Below the pieces are notes generated by a model, which was given only the letters and a program-made list of their open reading frames with translations, made no database searches and was not told the origin of the DNA. Shown piece after piece: positions 50,240 to 60,000 of a DNA stretch of 60,000 nucleotides (the first letter of the stretch is position 1; every line of letters starts with the position of its first letter). This stretch comes from Mobula hypostoma (Eukaryota), in the NCBI RefSeq assembly GCF_963921235.1, contig NC_086101.1, forward strand, positions 12,340,001 to 12,400,000. Reading direction: 5' to 3'. Both the position numbers and the translations under genes were made by a program.

Positions 50240-51127
50240 ACACAAAATACTCTGCAGTTGCTGGGGTCAAAGCAACACTCACAACACGCTGGAGGAACTC
50301 AACAGGTCGGGCAGCATCCGTGGAAACTATCAGTCAACGTTTCAGGCCGGAACCCTTGTCAGGACTGAAGAGGGAAGGGGCACAGGCCCTATAAGGAAGG
50401 TGGGGGAGGGTGGGAAGGAGAAGGCTGGTAGGTTCCAGGTGAAAAATCAGTAAGGGGAAAGATAAAGGGGTGGAGGAGGGGAAGCAGGGAGGTGATAGGC
50501 AGGAAAGGTGAAGAAGGAATAGGGGAAAACACAATGGGTAGTAGAAGGAGGCGGAACCAAGAGGGAGGTGATAGGCAGCTGGGGGGGGGGGAGAGTGAAA
50601 TAGGGATAGGGGGAGGGAGGGGGAGGGAATTACCGGAAGTTGGAGAATTCAATGGTCATATCAAGGGGCTGGAGACTACCTAGACGGTATATGAGGTGTT
50701 GCTCCTCCAACCTGAGTTTAGCCTCATCATGGCAATAGAGGAGGCCATGTATGGGCATATCCGAATGGGAATGGGAAGCAGAGTTGAAGTGGGTGGCAAC
50801 CGGGAGATCCTGTCTGTTGTGGTGGACGGAGCGGAGGTGCTCGACGAAGCGGTCCCCCAATTTGCGTCGGGTCTCACCGATGTAAAGGAGGGAGCACCGG
50901 ATGCAATAGATGACCCCAACAGACTCGCTAGTGAAGTGTTGCCTCACCTGGAGGGACTGTTTGGGGCCCTGAATGGTGGCAAGGGAGGAGGTGCAGGGAT
51001 AGGTGTAGCACTTGTGCTTACAGGGATAAGTGCCGGGTGGGAGATCCGTGGGGAGGGACGTGTGGATCAAGGATTCACGGAGGGACCGATCCCTGCGGAA
51101 GGTAGAGAGGGATGGAGAGGGAAACAT
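50240..51127 (-). mobile_element. Penelope-like element 3' part with GIY-YIG endonuclease
   Basis: VIYCIRC..LYIGETRRKLGDRFVEH...PVATHFN..H...LEEQHLIYRLGSLQP; degenerate hammerhead motif at 50331-50367. Confidence 0.85.
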
Positions 51128-51329
51128 GTGAAATTAAGAGATTTTCTCCGAAAAGAAATATCAAATACTTGCATTTTTATGATGAGGGAGTTAGTTTATG
51201 ATCAGGGAGCTGCATGGCGTGGTGGTGGAAGCTGATATGGTGCAGTTTTAAATAAGAACTTGCCGGGTATGAAGAGATAAGGATCGTGCGGCGGCAAAAG
51301 GGATTTAATTTTATTTGGCATAACGTTGT

Positions 51330-51746
51330 GTACAGGCATTTTGGGCCGAAAACCCTGCTGGTCTGTTCAGTCTCTCCTCATAAGTGAAAAGCTAACAGCC
51401 CTGCAACTTCCTGGCTAATCTCCCCTTCACCCTTTCCAGCGCAATCCCGGTCTGCGGGGCCGGGGACGGGGTCGCCTGTTCATTCACCCTGTGGGCCTCA
51501 GGCAGCTCCCTGCATTTCCTCAAGGAAAACACTGACACCGTGCGGTCGGGTTCGGCAACGACCAGTCGCTGCAAAACCAATCGTGGCGCACATTTCCTTT
51601 TTTGGAAAAGATGCAGATTTAGGTCTTGGAATTGTCAGCACTAAACTACAGTAGTTAATCAAATAATCTAGATTTAGGGCATTTGTGGTAACGGTATTCT
51701 AGGAGGATCGTTCCTAAAAGTAGGAAATATATCTTCAAAATATTTG
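51330..51746 (+). repeat. Orphan duplicate of the U1 upstream region (no U1 downstream)
   Basis: Colinear with 37290-37699, including ATGCAGAT at 51611-51618; homology ends just before the PSE position. Confidence 0.88.
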
Positions 51747-51764
51747 GGTGGCCATAAGTCTGGA

Positions 51765-51872
51765 TATGTACAGACCACAACGGAAACGTATGTAAAGGAT
51801 GGAAAGTTATTGAATGGTTTATTGTATATATAATTTATTTTTGTATAAAGTATATTTTAAAATAAAAAAAAA
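51765..51872 (+). mobile_element. L1/Tx1 3' UTR plus polyA remnant
   Basis: gttattgaatggtttatt...gtatatttt..aataaaaa matches the reverse complement of 40815-40900. Confidence 0.55.
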
Positions 51873-52801
51873 TTCTGCGTGTTCTATTGTAGAGCAGAGG
51901 CAGTTCACTATTTAAGGGAGACAGTTTTGAATACCACAGGAGCCAATCAAGACGGCGTTAATACAGAAATATCTCACTGTGGTAAAATAGTTTAACTTGG
52001 TCCTCAGGGCAGGAGATAAAGTCCATGAGCAGGATACTTGTTGCCAGTGGATTTGATGAGTTTCTGCTTACAGTCTGCTGTTGATCCGCTGTTCATTTCC
52101 CAACATAGATACTGCCTGACTTTCGAGGAGGAGGTTCAGGACCCAGGAGACACACCCAGCTTTTCAAGAAAAACTTCTTCCCCTCTGCCATCAGAATTCT
52201 AACCTCAAGCCCACTAACTCACAATATTTTGCCGCCATTCTGCAATAATTATTTAATTTATTTTATATGTATTTCTTATCGTATTTTATATATAGTTTTA
52301 GAAATTACAATGTATTGCAATGTTCTGCTGCCACAAAACAACAAAATTCAAACATATATCAGTGGTATCAAATAGTGTATGTGTGTGTTGTGTGTGTCCA
52401 GTATTGGTGGTATCGCTCCAGTGCATTGAAGACCTGCTGCAGGTAGTCCTTGGCTGATAAAGTTCTTTTACGTCCGGACATGATACGATGTTGGTGATGC
52501 ACAGAAACGCCAACAGTTGTGCGGAGAGCAGCTGGGAAAAGGCCCTTCCACCCAACTTGTCCAAGCCCCACAACAGCATCCTCCCGGCTCGTTCCAGTTG
52601 CCCGCAACCTGTCAATCACCTCCCCTCCATGTACCTGTCCAAACACACACCTCAAAACTGAGCCTGCTGCCAATAACAATCGTTCCCAGTATATGGGATT
52701 CTCTCCCAAGGCAGCTAATTAAGCCGTTTTTGGTGACAATGCCGGATCTCCTGGCAAAAGCCTTCTGGTAAAGTAATGCCAAACTGCACCAAGAGTCATG
52801 G

Positions 52802-53920
52802 TTCTCCAGTGCGTTCAACACCATCCTCCCTGCTCTGCTGGGGGAGAAGCTGACAGCGATGCAGGTGGATGTTTTCCTGGTGTCATGGATTCTTGATTAC
52901 CTGACTGGCAGACTACAGCACATGTCCTTGCAACACTGTGTGTCCGACAGAGTGATCAGCAGCACTGGGGCTCCACAGGGGACTGTCTTGTCTCCCTTTC
53001 TCTTCACCATTTACACCTCGGATTTCAACTACTGCACAGAGTCTTGTCATCTTCAGAAGTTTTCTGATGACTCTGTCATAGTTGGATGTATCAGCAAGGG
53101 AGATGAGGCTGAGTACAGGGCCACGGTAGGAAAGTTTGTCACATGGTGTGAGCAGAATTATCTGCAGCTTAATGTGAAAAAGATTAAGGAGCTGGTGGTA
53201 GACCTGAGGAGAACTCAGGTACCAGTGACCCCTGTTTCCATTCGGGGGTCAGTGTGGACATGGTGGAGGATTACAAATACCTGGGGATACGAATTGACAA
53301 TAAACTGGACTGGTCAAAGAACACTGAGGCTGTCTACAAGAAGGGTCAGAGCCGTCTCTATTTCCTGAGGAGACTGAGGTCCTTTAACATCTGCCGGACG
53401 ATGCTGCGGGTGTTCTACGAGTCTGTGGTGGCCAGTGCTATCATGTTTGCTGTTGTGTGCTGGGGCAGCAGGCTGAGGGTAGCAGACACCAACAGAATCA
53501 ACAAACTCATTCGTAAGGCCAGTGACGTTGTGGGGATTGAACTGGACTCTCAGACGGTGGTGTCTGAGAAGAGGTTGCTGTCCAGGTTGCATGCCATCTT
53601 GGACAATGTCTCCCATCCACTACATAATGTACTGGGTGGGCACAGGAGTACATTCAGCCAAAGACTCCTTCCACCGAGATGCAACACAGAGCGTCACAGG
53701 AAGTCATTGCTGCCTGTGGCCATCAAACTTTACAACTCCTCCCTTGGAGTTTCAGACACCCTGAGCCAATAGGCTAGTCCTGGACTTATTTCCTGGCATA
53801 ATTTACATATTAGCATTTAACTATTTATGGTTTTATTACTATTTATTATTTATGGTGCAACTGTAACAAAAAACCAATTTCCCCCGGGACCAATAAAGTA
53901 TGACTATGACTATGACTATG
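52802..53920 (+). mobile_element. Rex1/Babar-type LINE 3' portion
   Basis: [48 protein letters not shown]; one frameshift; AATAAA plus (TATGAC)n tail. Confidence 0.9.
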
Positions 53921-54160
53921 CCCATGACCTGTGAGGGTGGGGAAGTGTTGAAAAAAGACATCCAGAAAGAAGATGTGCTGGAAATTAGAAGGAAGATATC
54001 CCTGGGAAAGGGAGGATGAGGAGGAGACTTTCATTTATATACAGCAATACTTTAACACCCATAAATTGTTGACTTCATGTTTTTGAAAACAAAATGGCAA
54101 GTTTTCCTTCCCTGGTGATGAAATATAATTACACTCAATTCTTAAAAAAAAAATTAAAGA

Positions 54161-54166
54161 TTTATT
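54161..54166 (-). terminator. HSP70 polyadenylation signal AATAAA
   Basis: tttatt on plus, about 280 nt after the stop codon, followed by a T-rich tract on the minus strand. Confidence 0.7.
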
Positions 54167-54444
54167 AAAAGCATGTTACAAGATACTTAAAACTGTACAA
54201 AGTTTACATTCCAAAACAGATGGCATTAAAAAAAACCCGATACAGAAAACCCGATCAAAGGAATTGAATAGACCCAGTTACCAGTGTTTACAATTAGTAC
54301 ACCACAGCCAGATTCAGGACATTGACATGACCCAGTGGTGTTACAGTGAAGACTATTCCCAAGTGCCAACATCAGCATCAGACCCACTGAAGTGTCCAGA
54401 GAGCTCAAACCGTGCAAGCCCCAGACAGTCACATTTACAGTCCT

Positions 54445-56367
54445 TTAATCCACCTCCTCAATAGTTGGTCCGGCAGAACTGGCATTCCCAGCCTGTGCCC
54501 TGCACGATTCCCCTGCGGCTGCTCCTTGGTACAGTTTGGCAATGATGGGATTGCAGAGTTTTTCCAGCTCTTTCTGCTTGTGCTCAAACTCCTCCTTCTC
54601 TGCCATCTGATTCTTCTCCAGCCAGGATATTGTCTGGTTGCACAGGTCAATGACTTTCCGCTTGTCCTCAGCACTGATCTTTCCGGCCATCTTCTCATCC
54701 TCCACAGAGCCCTTCATGTTGAAGGCATAGGACTCCAGGGAGTTCTTGGCTGCAATCTTCTGCCGCTGCATTTCATCCTCATTCTTGTACTTCTCTGCAT
54801 CTTGCACCATCCTGTCAATTTCCTCCTTACTCAGCCTGCCCTTGTCGTTGGTGATGGTGATCTTGTTTGTTTTCCCGGTGCTCTTGTCAACAGCAGAGAC
54901 ATTGAGAATGCCATTGGCGTCAATATCGAAGGTCACCTCAATCTGGGGTACGCCACGAGGAGCGGGAGGGATGCCACTCAACTCAAACTTGCCCAGAAGG
55001 TTGTTGTCCTTGGTCATGGCTCTCTCACCTTCAAACACCTGAATAAGGACCCCAGGCTGGTTATCAGAATAGGTGCTGAAGATCTGGGTCTGCTTGGTTG
55101 GGATGGTGGTGTTACGCTTGATAAGGGTGGTCATGACTCCACCTGCCGTCTCCAGCCCCAGTGACAGAGCAGCAACATCCAGGAGTAGCAGATCCTGAAC
55201 ATTCTCCGACTTGTCGCCCATCAGAATGGCCGCCTGGACAGCTGCCCCATAGGCCACGGCCTCGTCGGGGTTGATGCTCTTGTTCAGCTCCCTACCGTTG
55301 AAGAAATCTTGCAGCAGCTTCTGGATCTTGGGGATTCGGGTGGAGCCTCCCACCAGGACAATTTCATGGATCTGGGATTTGTCCAGCTTGGCATCTCTCA
55401 GGGCTTTCTCCACTGGCTCCAGAGTGCCCCTGAACAGGTCAGAGTTCAGCTCCTCAAAGCGAGCCCTGGTGATTGAGGTGTAGAAATCAACTCCCTCAAA
55501 CAGAGAGTCAATCTCAATACTGGCTTGGGTGCTGGAAGACAGCGTTCTCTTTGCTCTCTCACAGGCAGTCCGCAGCCTCCTCACCGCTCTCTTGTTCTGG
55601 CTGATGTCTTTCTTGTATTTCCGCTTGAACTCCTCAATGAAGTGATTGACCATGCGGTTGTCAAAGTCCTCTCCTCCCAGGTGGGTATCTCCAGCTGTTG
55701 ATTTCACTTCAAAGATACCGTCATCGATGGAGAGAATGGACACATCGAAAGTGCCACCACCCAGGTCAAAGATGAGAACATTACGCTCCCCTTTGCCTTT
55801 CTTGTCCAGACCATAGGCAATGGCAGCTGCTGTTGGCTCATTGATGACACGCAGGACATTGAGACCAGCTATCACACCAGCATCTTTGGTTGCCTGGCGT
55901 TGGGAGTCATTGAAGTAAGCAGGAACGGTGATGACAGCGTTGGTGACATTGTAGCCAAGGTAAGCCTCAGCAATTTCCTTCATCTTGGTCAGCACCATGG
56001 AGGAGATTTCCTCTGGGTAAAAGGTTTTGTTCTCCCCCTTGTACTCCACCTTCACCTTTGGCTTCCCCGCATCACTCACCACCTGGAAGGGCCAGTGCTT
56101 CATGTCGGAATGCACCGTCGGGTCATCAAACCTTCTCCCGATGAGCCGCTTGGCATCAAAGATGGTGTTGGCGGGGTTCATTGCCACCTGGTTCTTGGCT
56201 GCATCACCGATGAGCCTCTCGGTGTCGTTGAAGGCCACATAGCTGGGGGTGGTGCGGTTGCCCTGGTCATTGGCGATGATCTCCACCTTGCCATGTTGGA
56301 AGACCCCCACACAGGAGTAGGTGGTGCCCAGGTCGATACCGATGGCTGTCCCCGTTGATGCAGACAT
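54445..56367 (-). CDS. hsp70: Heat shock 70 kDa protein, cytosolic inducible type, intronless CDS, 640 aa
   Basis: [23 protein letters not shown] and [15 protein letters not shown] signatures; C-terminal GPTIEEVD; no GGMP repeats; single ORF. Confidence 0.98.
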   Translation of the reverse strand: MSASTGTAIGIDLGTTYSCVGVFQHGKVEIIANDQGNRTTPSYVAFNDTERLIGDAAKNQVAMNPANTIFDAKRLIGRRFDDPTVHSDMKHWPFQVVSDAGKPKVKVEYKGENKTFYPEEISSMVLTKMKEIAEAYLGYNVTNAVITVPAYFNDSQRQATKDAGVIAGLNVLRVINEPTAAAIAYGLDKKGKGERNVLIFDLGGGTFDVSILSIDDGIFEVKSTAGDTHLGGEDFDNRMVNHFIEEFKRKYKKDISQNKRAVRRLRTACERAKRTLSSSTQASIEIDSLFEGVDFYTSITRARFEELNSDLFRGTLEPVEKALRDAKLDKSQIHEIVLVGGSTRIPKIQKLLQDFFNGRELNKSINPDEAVAYGAAVQAAILMGDKSENVQDLLLLDVAALSLGLETAGGVMTTLIKRNTTIPTKQTQIFSTYSDNQPGVLIQVFEGERAMTKDNNLLGKFELSGIPPAPRGVPQIEVTFDIDANGILNVSAVDKSTGKTNKITITNDKGRLSKEEIDRMVQDAEKYKNEDEMQRQKIAAKNSLESYAFNMKGSVEDEKMAGKISAEDKRKVIDLCNQTISWLEKNQMAEKEEFEHKQKELEKLCNPIIAKLYQGAAAGESCRAQAGNASSAGPTIEEVD

Positions 56368-56469
56368 CTGTGTTTCTGACGAAAGCTCCGACGTTCTGTA
56401 TTGAAATACCGGAAGGAATTCCTTGCTTCTCCAAGCCGACCGTTACTGCCTGGTCCGCTGCTTCGTCCC

Positions 56470-56713
56470 TTAATATAGCCCCAGCGCAGCGGTGTGGGCG
56501 GTGCTTTGTTCTTGAGGGACGACCCGTAAACCAATGAAAACGCCGGCTAGTGACTCACCGTCGAAGGTTGGAGAAGGTTCCGAGGCGGCGGCCAATCACA
56601 GCGCTGCTAGTCCGAGATTTGCCGGGGTTTCGCGAATATTCTGGTAAGAGAGAGAAAGATCTGGTGCAGTCAAGGAGGTTCTGGCTGAAAACCGAGTCAT
56701 TCGGGAACCTTTT
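56470..56713 (-). promoter_or_regulatory. HSP70 heat-shock promoter
   Basis: TATATTAA 56477-56470; GC box 56496-56501; CCAAT at 56531 and 56592; TGACTCA 56551-56557; HSEs cGAAg-gTTGg-aGAAg-gTTCc (56562-56581), tTTCg-cGAAt-aTTCt (56628-56642) and a partial one at 56699-56713. Confidence 0.88.
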
Positions 56714-57297
56714 GAAACACTTCTTAAACTATACGAAACCAGCAATTTCTTCCAAAAGTTCCCTACACGCAAGAAAAAATCTCAATCACCTTCTGGGGAG
56801 AGAATTCTTTGGCCTTAAGGGACGAAGCCAGCAAACAAGGAACGACAGCTCTGGTTAATATCTGCAGGACGAAATTAGTAACAGAGTACTTAAAGGAAGT
56901 ATAGAACTGAAAGTCAGAGTTTATGACATTAAATTTTGACAAAAGGACTTTTGCGGTGTTTGTGACCTAAACAGGACGTGACACGGAGTTAAAAAAAATA
57001 TTATCAGACTGACAGAAGTGATGGTGAAGTTTGCGCGAGAAGTTTTTTTTTGTTTTGGTATAAATATACAGGTTCAAATGTCATAATTACTCCTTTTGCA
57101 GCCCTAGCATAGTACATTGCTAAGGGAAAGTGACTTAAACAAGTTAAAATAAATTATCCGTAACGCAGCGATGTTAGTGTTGTCAGATTCTCCCAGACTC
57201 TGCACCAGATCTACCTCGCCACCTCCAGAATTTTCGCGAAGTCCCGGCGGCTTGCGGGCTCTCAGCGATACTCCCCGTGTAGTGTCGGTTATGAAAC

Positions 57298-60000
57298 TGT
57301 CATAAGGGCGGTGGCTGGGAACGGAGCCAAGTGCAAGACACAGACACTGAAGTACTAGGGACAGGACTAGTATACAGGGCGATGGCAAGGACATGGACAG
57401 GAAAACCAGGAACCTGGAACAAGACTGAACAAGAGAGCTACGAGCCCGAGCTTGGACTCCGAGCCAGAGACTGGACAAGGACCCAGTACCTGGGTCTTGC
57501 CTCTGGCTCGGACCCCAGAACTAGGCAAGGACGAGGCTTGGCAGGCAGGCAGGACGAGGCAGAAATCTACAGGCTTGAAGCTAGAGGCTAGAGACTTGGC
57601 TTGGCAAAAGGCTCGAGGCTAGAGACTTGGCTTAGCAAGAGGCTGGAGGCTGAAGTCTTCATGCTTGGGGCTAGGCAGGAGGCTGGAGTCTTCAGGCTAG
57701 AGGCTAGGCTGGAGGCTTGAGACTTGAGGCGAGGCTGAGGCTGGAGGCAGGAGACGAGGCGAGGCGAGGTTGAGGCGGGAAGGAGGAGACTTGAGGCTTG
57801 AGGCGAGGTTGGAGGCTGGAGACTTGAGGCGAGGCTTGGCGGGTTTCTCCTGGGCAGGGCGTGGATCACCACCTGACAGAGGCAAGGGACAGGAAGGGAC
57901 AGAACCAACCCCAGGTAACGGGAAGACGGCCTGGTTTACCTGGGCGGAGGAAAGGAGCTAGGTACGGGGTGGCTCCAGGACAAGACAGCAAGATAAGGCA
58001 ATGCTACTGGCAAAGCAAGGCGAGACAGAACTTCAAGCGAGGCGAGAGTTACCGGCAAGACAGGGCAAGGCTTCAGGCAAGGAAACAGAAGGCAGGGGAA
58101 GGGATAGAAGGAGTAAGGACAAGAACAATCCAGCAGCCACACCCTGGTCTCTGGAGGTATTTATGCAGCCAGCCCCAACAAGAATCAACTGCCTCAATTA
58201 GTTTAACAAGGACAGAAACAGGGCAGAAACAGAGCAAGGGTCAGTGGACCGGACCGTGAACAGGAATACGGACTTCACGGGCCGGACTATGACAGTACAC
58301 CCCCCTCACCCCCCACGGGAGCCTCCTGGCGATCAAACAGGGTATGCAGACTATGGACGACACGGGCGGGTGGGATGGTATGTTAGCGAAAGCAACCCCC
58401 GGTGGCAAAAGGAAAGCGACAGTTTCTGTGTCGCTGGGTCCACGGTTGGCTGGATCGTTCTGTCATAAGGGCGGTGGCTGGGAACGGACCCAAGTGCAAG
58501 ACACAGACACTGAAGTACTAGGGACAGAACTAGGATACAGGGCGATGGCAAGGACATGGACAGGAAAACCAGGAACCTGGAACAGGACTGAACAAGAGAG
58601 CTACGAGCCCGGGCTTGGACTCTGAGCCAGGGACTGGACAAGGAACCAGTACCTGGGTCTTGCCTCTGGCTCGGACCCCAGAACTAGGCAAGGATGAGGC
58701 TTGGCAGGCAGGCAGGACGAGGCAGAAATCTACAGGCTTGAAGCTTGAAACCAGAGGCTAGAGACTTGGCTTGGCTTGGCAAGAAGCTAGAGGCTAGAGG
58801 CTGGAGTCTTCAGGCTAGAGGCTAGGCAGGATAGGAGGCGAGGCTGGAGGCAGGAGACTTGAGGCGAGGCGAGGCTGGAGGCAGGAGACTTGAGGCGAGG
58901 CGAGGCTGGAGGCAGGAGACCTGAGGCGAGGCGAGGCTGGAGGCAGGAGACCTGAGGCGAGGCTGGAGGTTGGATGTAGGAGCTTTGAGGCGAGGCTGGA
59001 GGCTGGAGGCAGGAGACTTGAGGCGAGGCTGAGGCTGGAGGCAGGAGACTTGAGGCCAGGCTGAGGCTGAGGCTGGAGGCTGGAGACTTGAGGCGAGGCG
59101 AGGCTGAGGCTGGAGGCAGGAGACTTGAGGCGAGGCGAGGCTGAGGCTGGAGGCAGGAGACTTGAGGCGAGGCGAGGCTGAGGCTGGAGGCAGGAGACTT
59201 GAGGCGAGGCGAGGCTGAGGCTGGAGGCAGGAGACTTGAGGCGAGGCGAGGCTGAGGCTGGAGGCAGGAGACTTGAGGCGAGGCGAGGCTGAGGCTGGAG
59301 GCAGGAGACTTGAGGCGAGGCGAGGCTGAGGCTGGAGGCAGGAGACGCGAGGCGAGGCGAGGCTGAGGCTGGAGGCAGGAGACGCGAGGCGAGGCTGAGG
59401 CTGGAGGCAGGAGACTTGAGGCGAGGCGAGGCTGAGGCTGGAGGCAGGAGACTTGAGGCGAGGCGAGGCTGAGGCTGGAGGCAGGATCTTGAGGCGAGGC
59501 GAGGCTGAGGCTGGAGGCAGGATCTTGAGGCGAGGCGAGGCTGAGGCTGGAGGCAGGAGACTTGAGGCGAGGCGAGGCTGAGGCTGGAGGCAGGAGACTT
59601 GAGGCGAGGCGAGGCTGAGGCTGGAGGCAGGAGACTTGAGGCGAGGCGAGGCTGAGGCTGGAGGCAGGAGACGCGAGGCGAGGCTGAGGCTGGAGGCAGG
59701 AGACGCGAGGCGAGGCTGAGGCTGGAGGCAGGAGACTTGAGGCGAGGCGAGGCTGAGGCTGGAGGCAGGAGACTTGAGGCGAGGCGAGGCTGAGGCTGGA
59801 GGCAGGATCTTGAGGCGAGGCGAGGCTGAGGCTGGAGGCAGGATCTTGAGGCGAGGCGAGGCTGAGGCTGGAGGCAGGATCTTGAGGCGAGGCGAGGCTG
59901 AGGCTGGAGGCAGGATCTTGTGGCGAGGCGAGGCGAGGCTGAGGCTGGAGGCAGGATCTTGTGGCGAGGCGAGGCTGAGGCTGAGGCTGGAGGCAGGAGA
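57298..60000 (-). mobile_element. Miniature non-autonomous Gypsy (Tf1/sushi-like) LTR retrotransposon: 3' LTR 57298-58294, internal 58295-58460, 5' LTR from 58461 to beyond the window
   Basis: LTR termini TGTCATA...TATGACA; second LTR copy starts at 58461; PBS GAACGATCCAGC 58460-58449; PPT-like GGGGGGTGAGGGGGG at about 58314-58300; gag-start-like GTG-D-P-A. Confidence 0.85.
58840..60000 (+). repeat. Tandem satellite, main unit 37 bp (gaggc gaggc gaggct gaggct ggaggc aggagactt)
   Basis: Period 37 seen directly (agactt ends at 59126, 59163, 59200); 32- and 36-bp variants; runs off the window end. Confidence 0.95.

Noticed and set aside
54412..55164. 250-aa plus-strand ORF (also 55900-56358)
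   Set aside because: Antisense shadow of the HSP70 CDS caused by codon bias; no independent signals
58840..60000. Regular ~37-bp periodicity resembling a CRISPR array
   Set aside because: No unique spacers, eukaryotic context, no cas genes; it is a head-to-tail satellite

Overview
Repeat-rich vertebrate genomic DNA, most likely a cartilaginous fish (ray/shark), inferred from HE1-like V-SINEs, CR1, Rex1 and Penelope families. Three genes are well supported. (1) A 7-exon RING/B-box/coiled-coil/PRY-SPRY TRIM E3 ligase gene (minus, 31252 to 5519, about 474 aa), reconstructed with canonical GT-AG junctions and consistent phases; unusually, an intron splits its RING finger. (2) A full-length variant U1 snRNA gene (plus, 37761-37924) with snRNA-type promoter elements. 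(3) An intact, intronless, heat-inducible HSP70 (minus, 56367 to 54445) with TATA, CCAAT and HSE elements. U1 and HSP70 lie in a tandemly duplicated, convergent [U1 -> <- HSP70] unit that decayed reciprocally: unit 1 keeps U1 and has an HSP70 relic split by a young CR1; unit 2 keeps HSP70 and has only an orphan U1 upstream region. Upstream of HSP70 is a miniature LTR retrotransposon with a 166-bp internal region, a Tf1/sushi-type self-priming PBS and a 37-bp satellite expanding inside one LTR. Penelope-derived repeats carry minimal hammerhead-ribozyme motifs. The rest is layered, often nested TE debris (CR1, RTE, Rex1, Tx1, Nimb/I, HERO-like, Tc1, mariner MITE, hAT, solo LTRs). All alignments were made by eye and TE boundaries are approximate.
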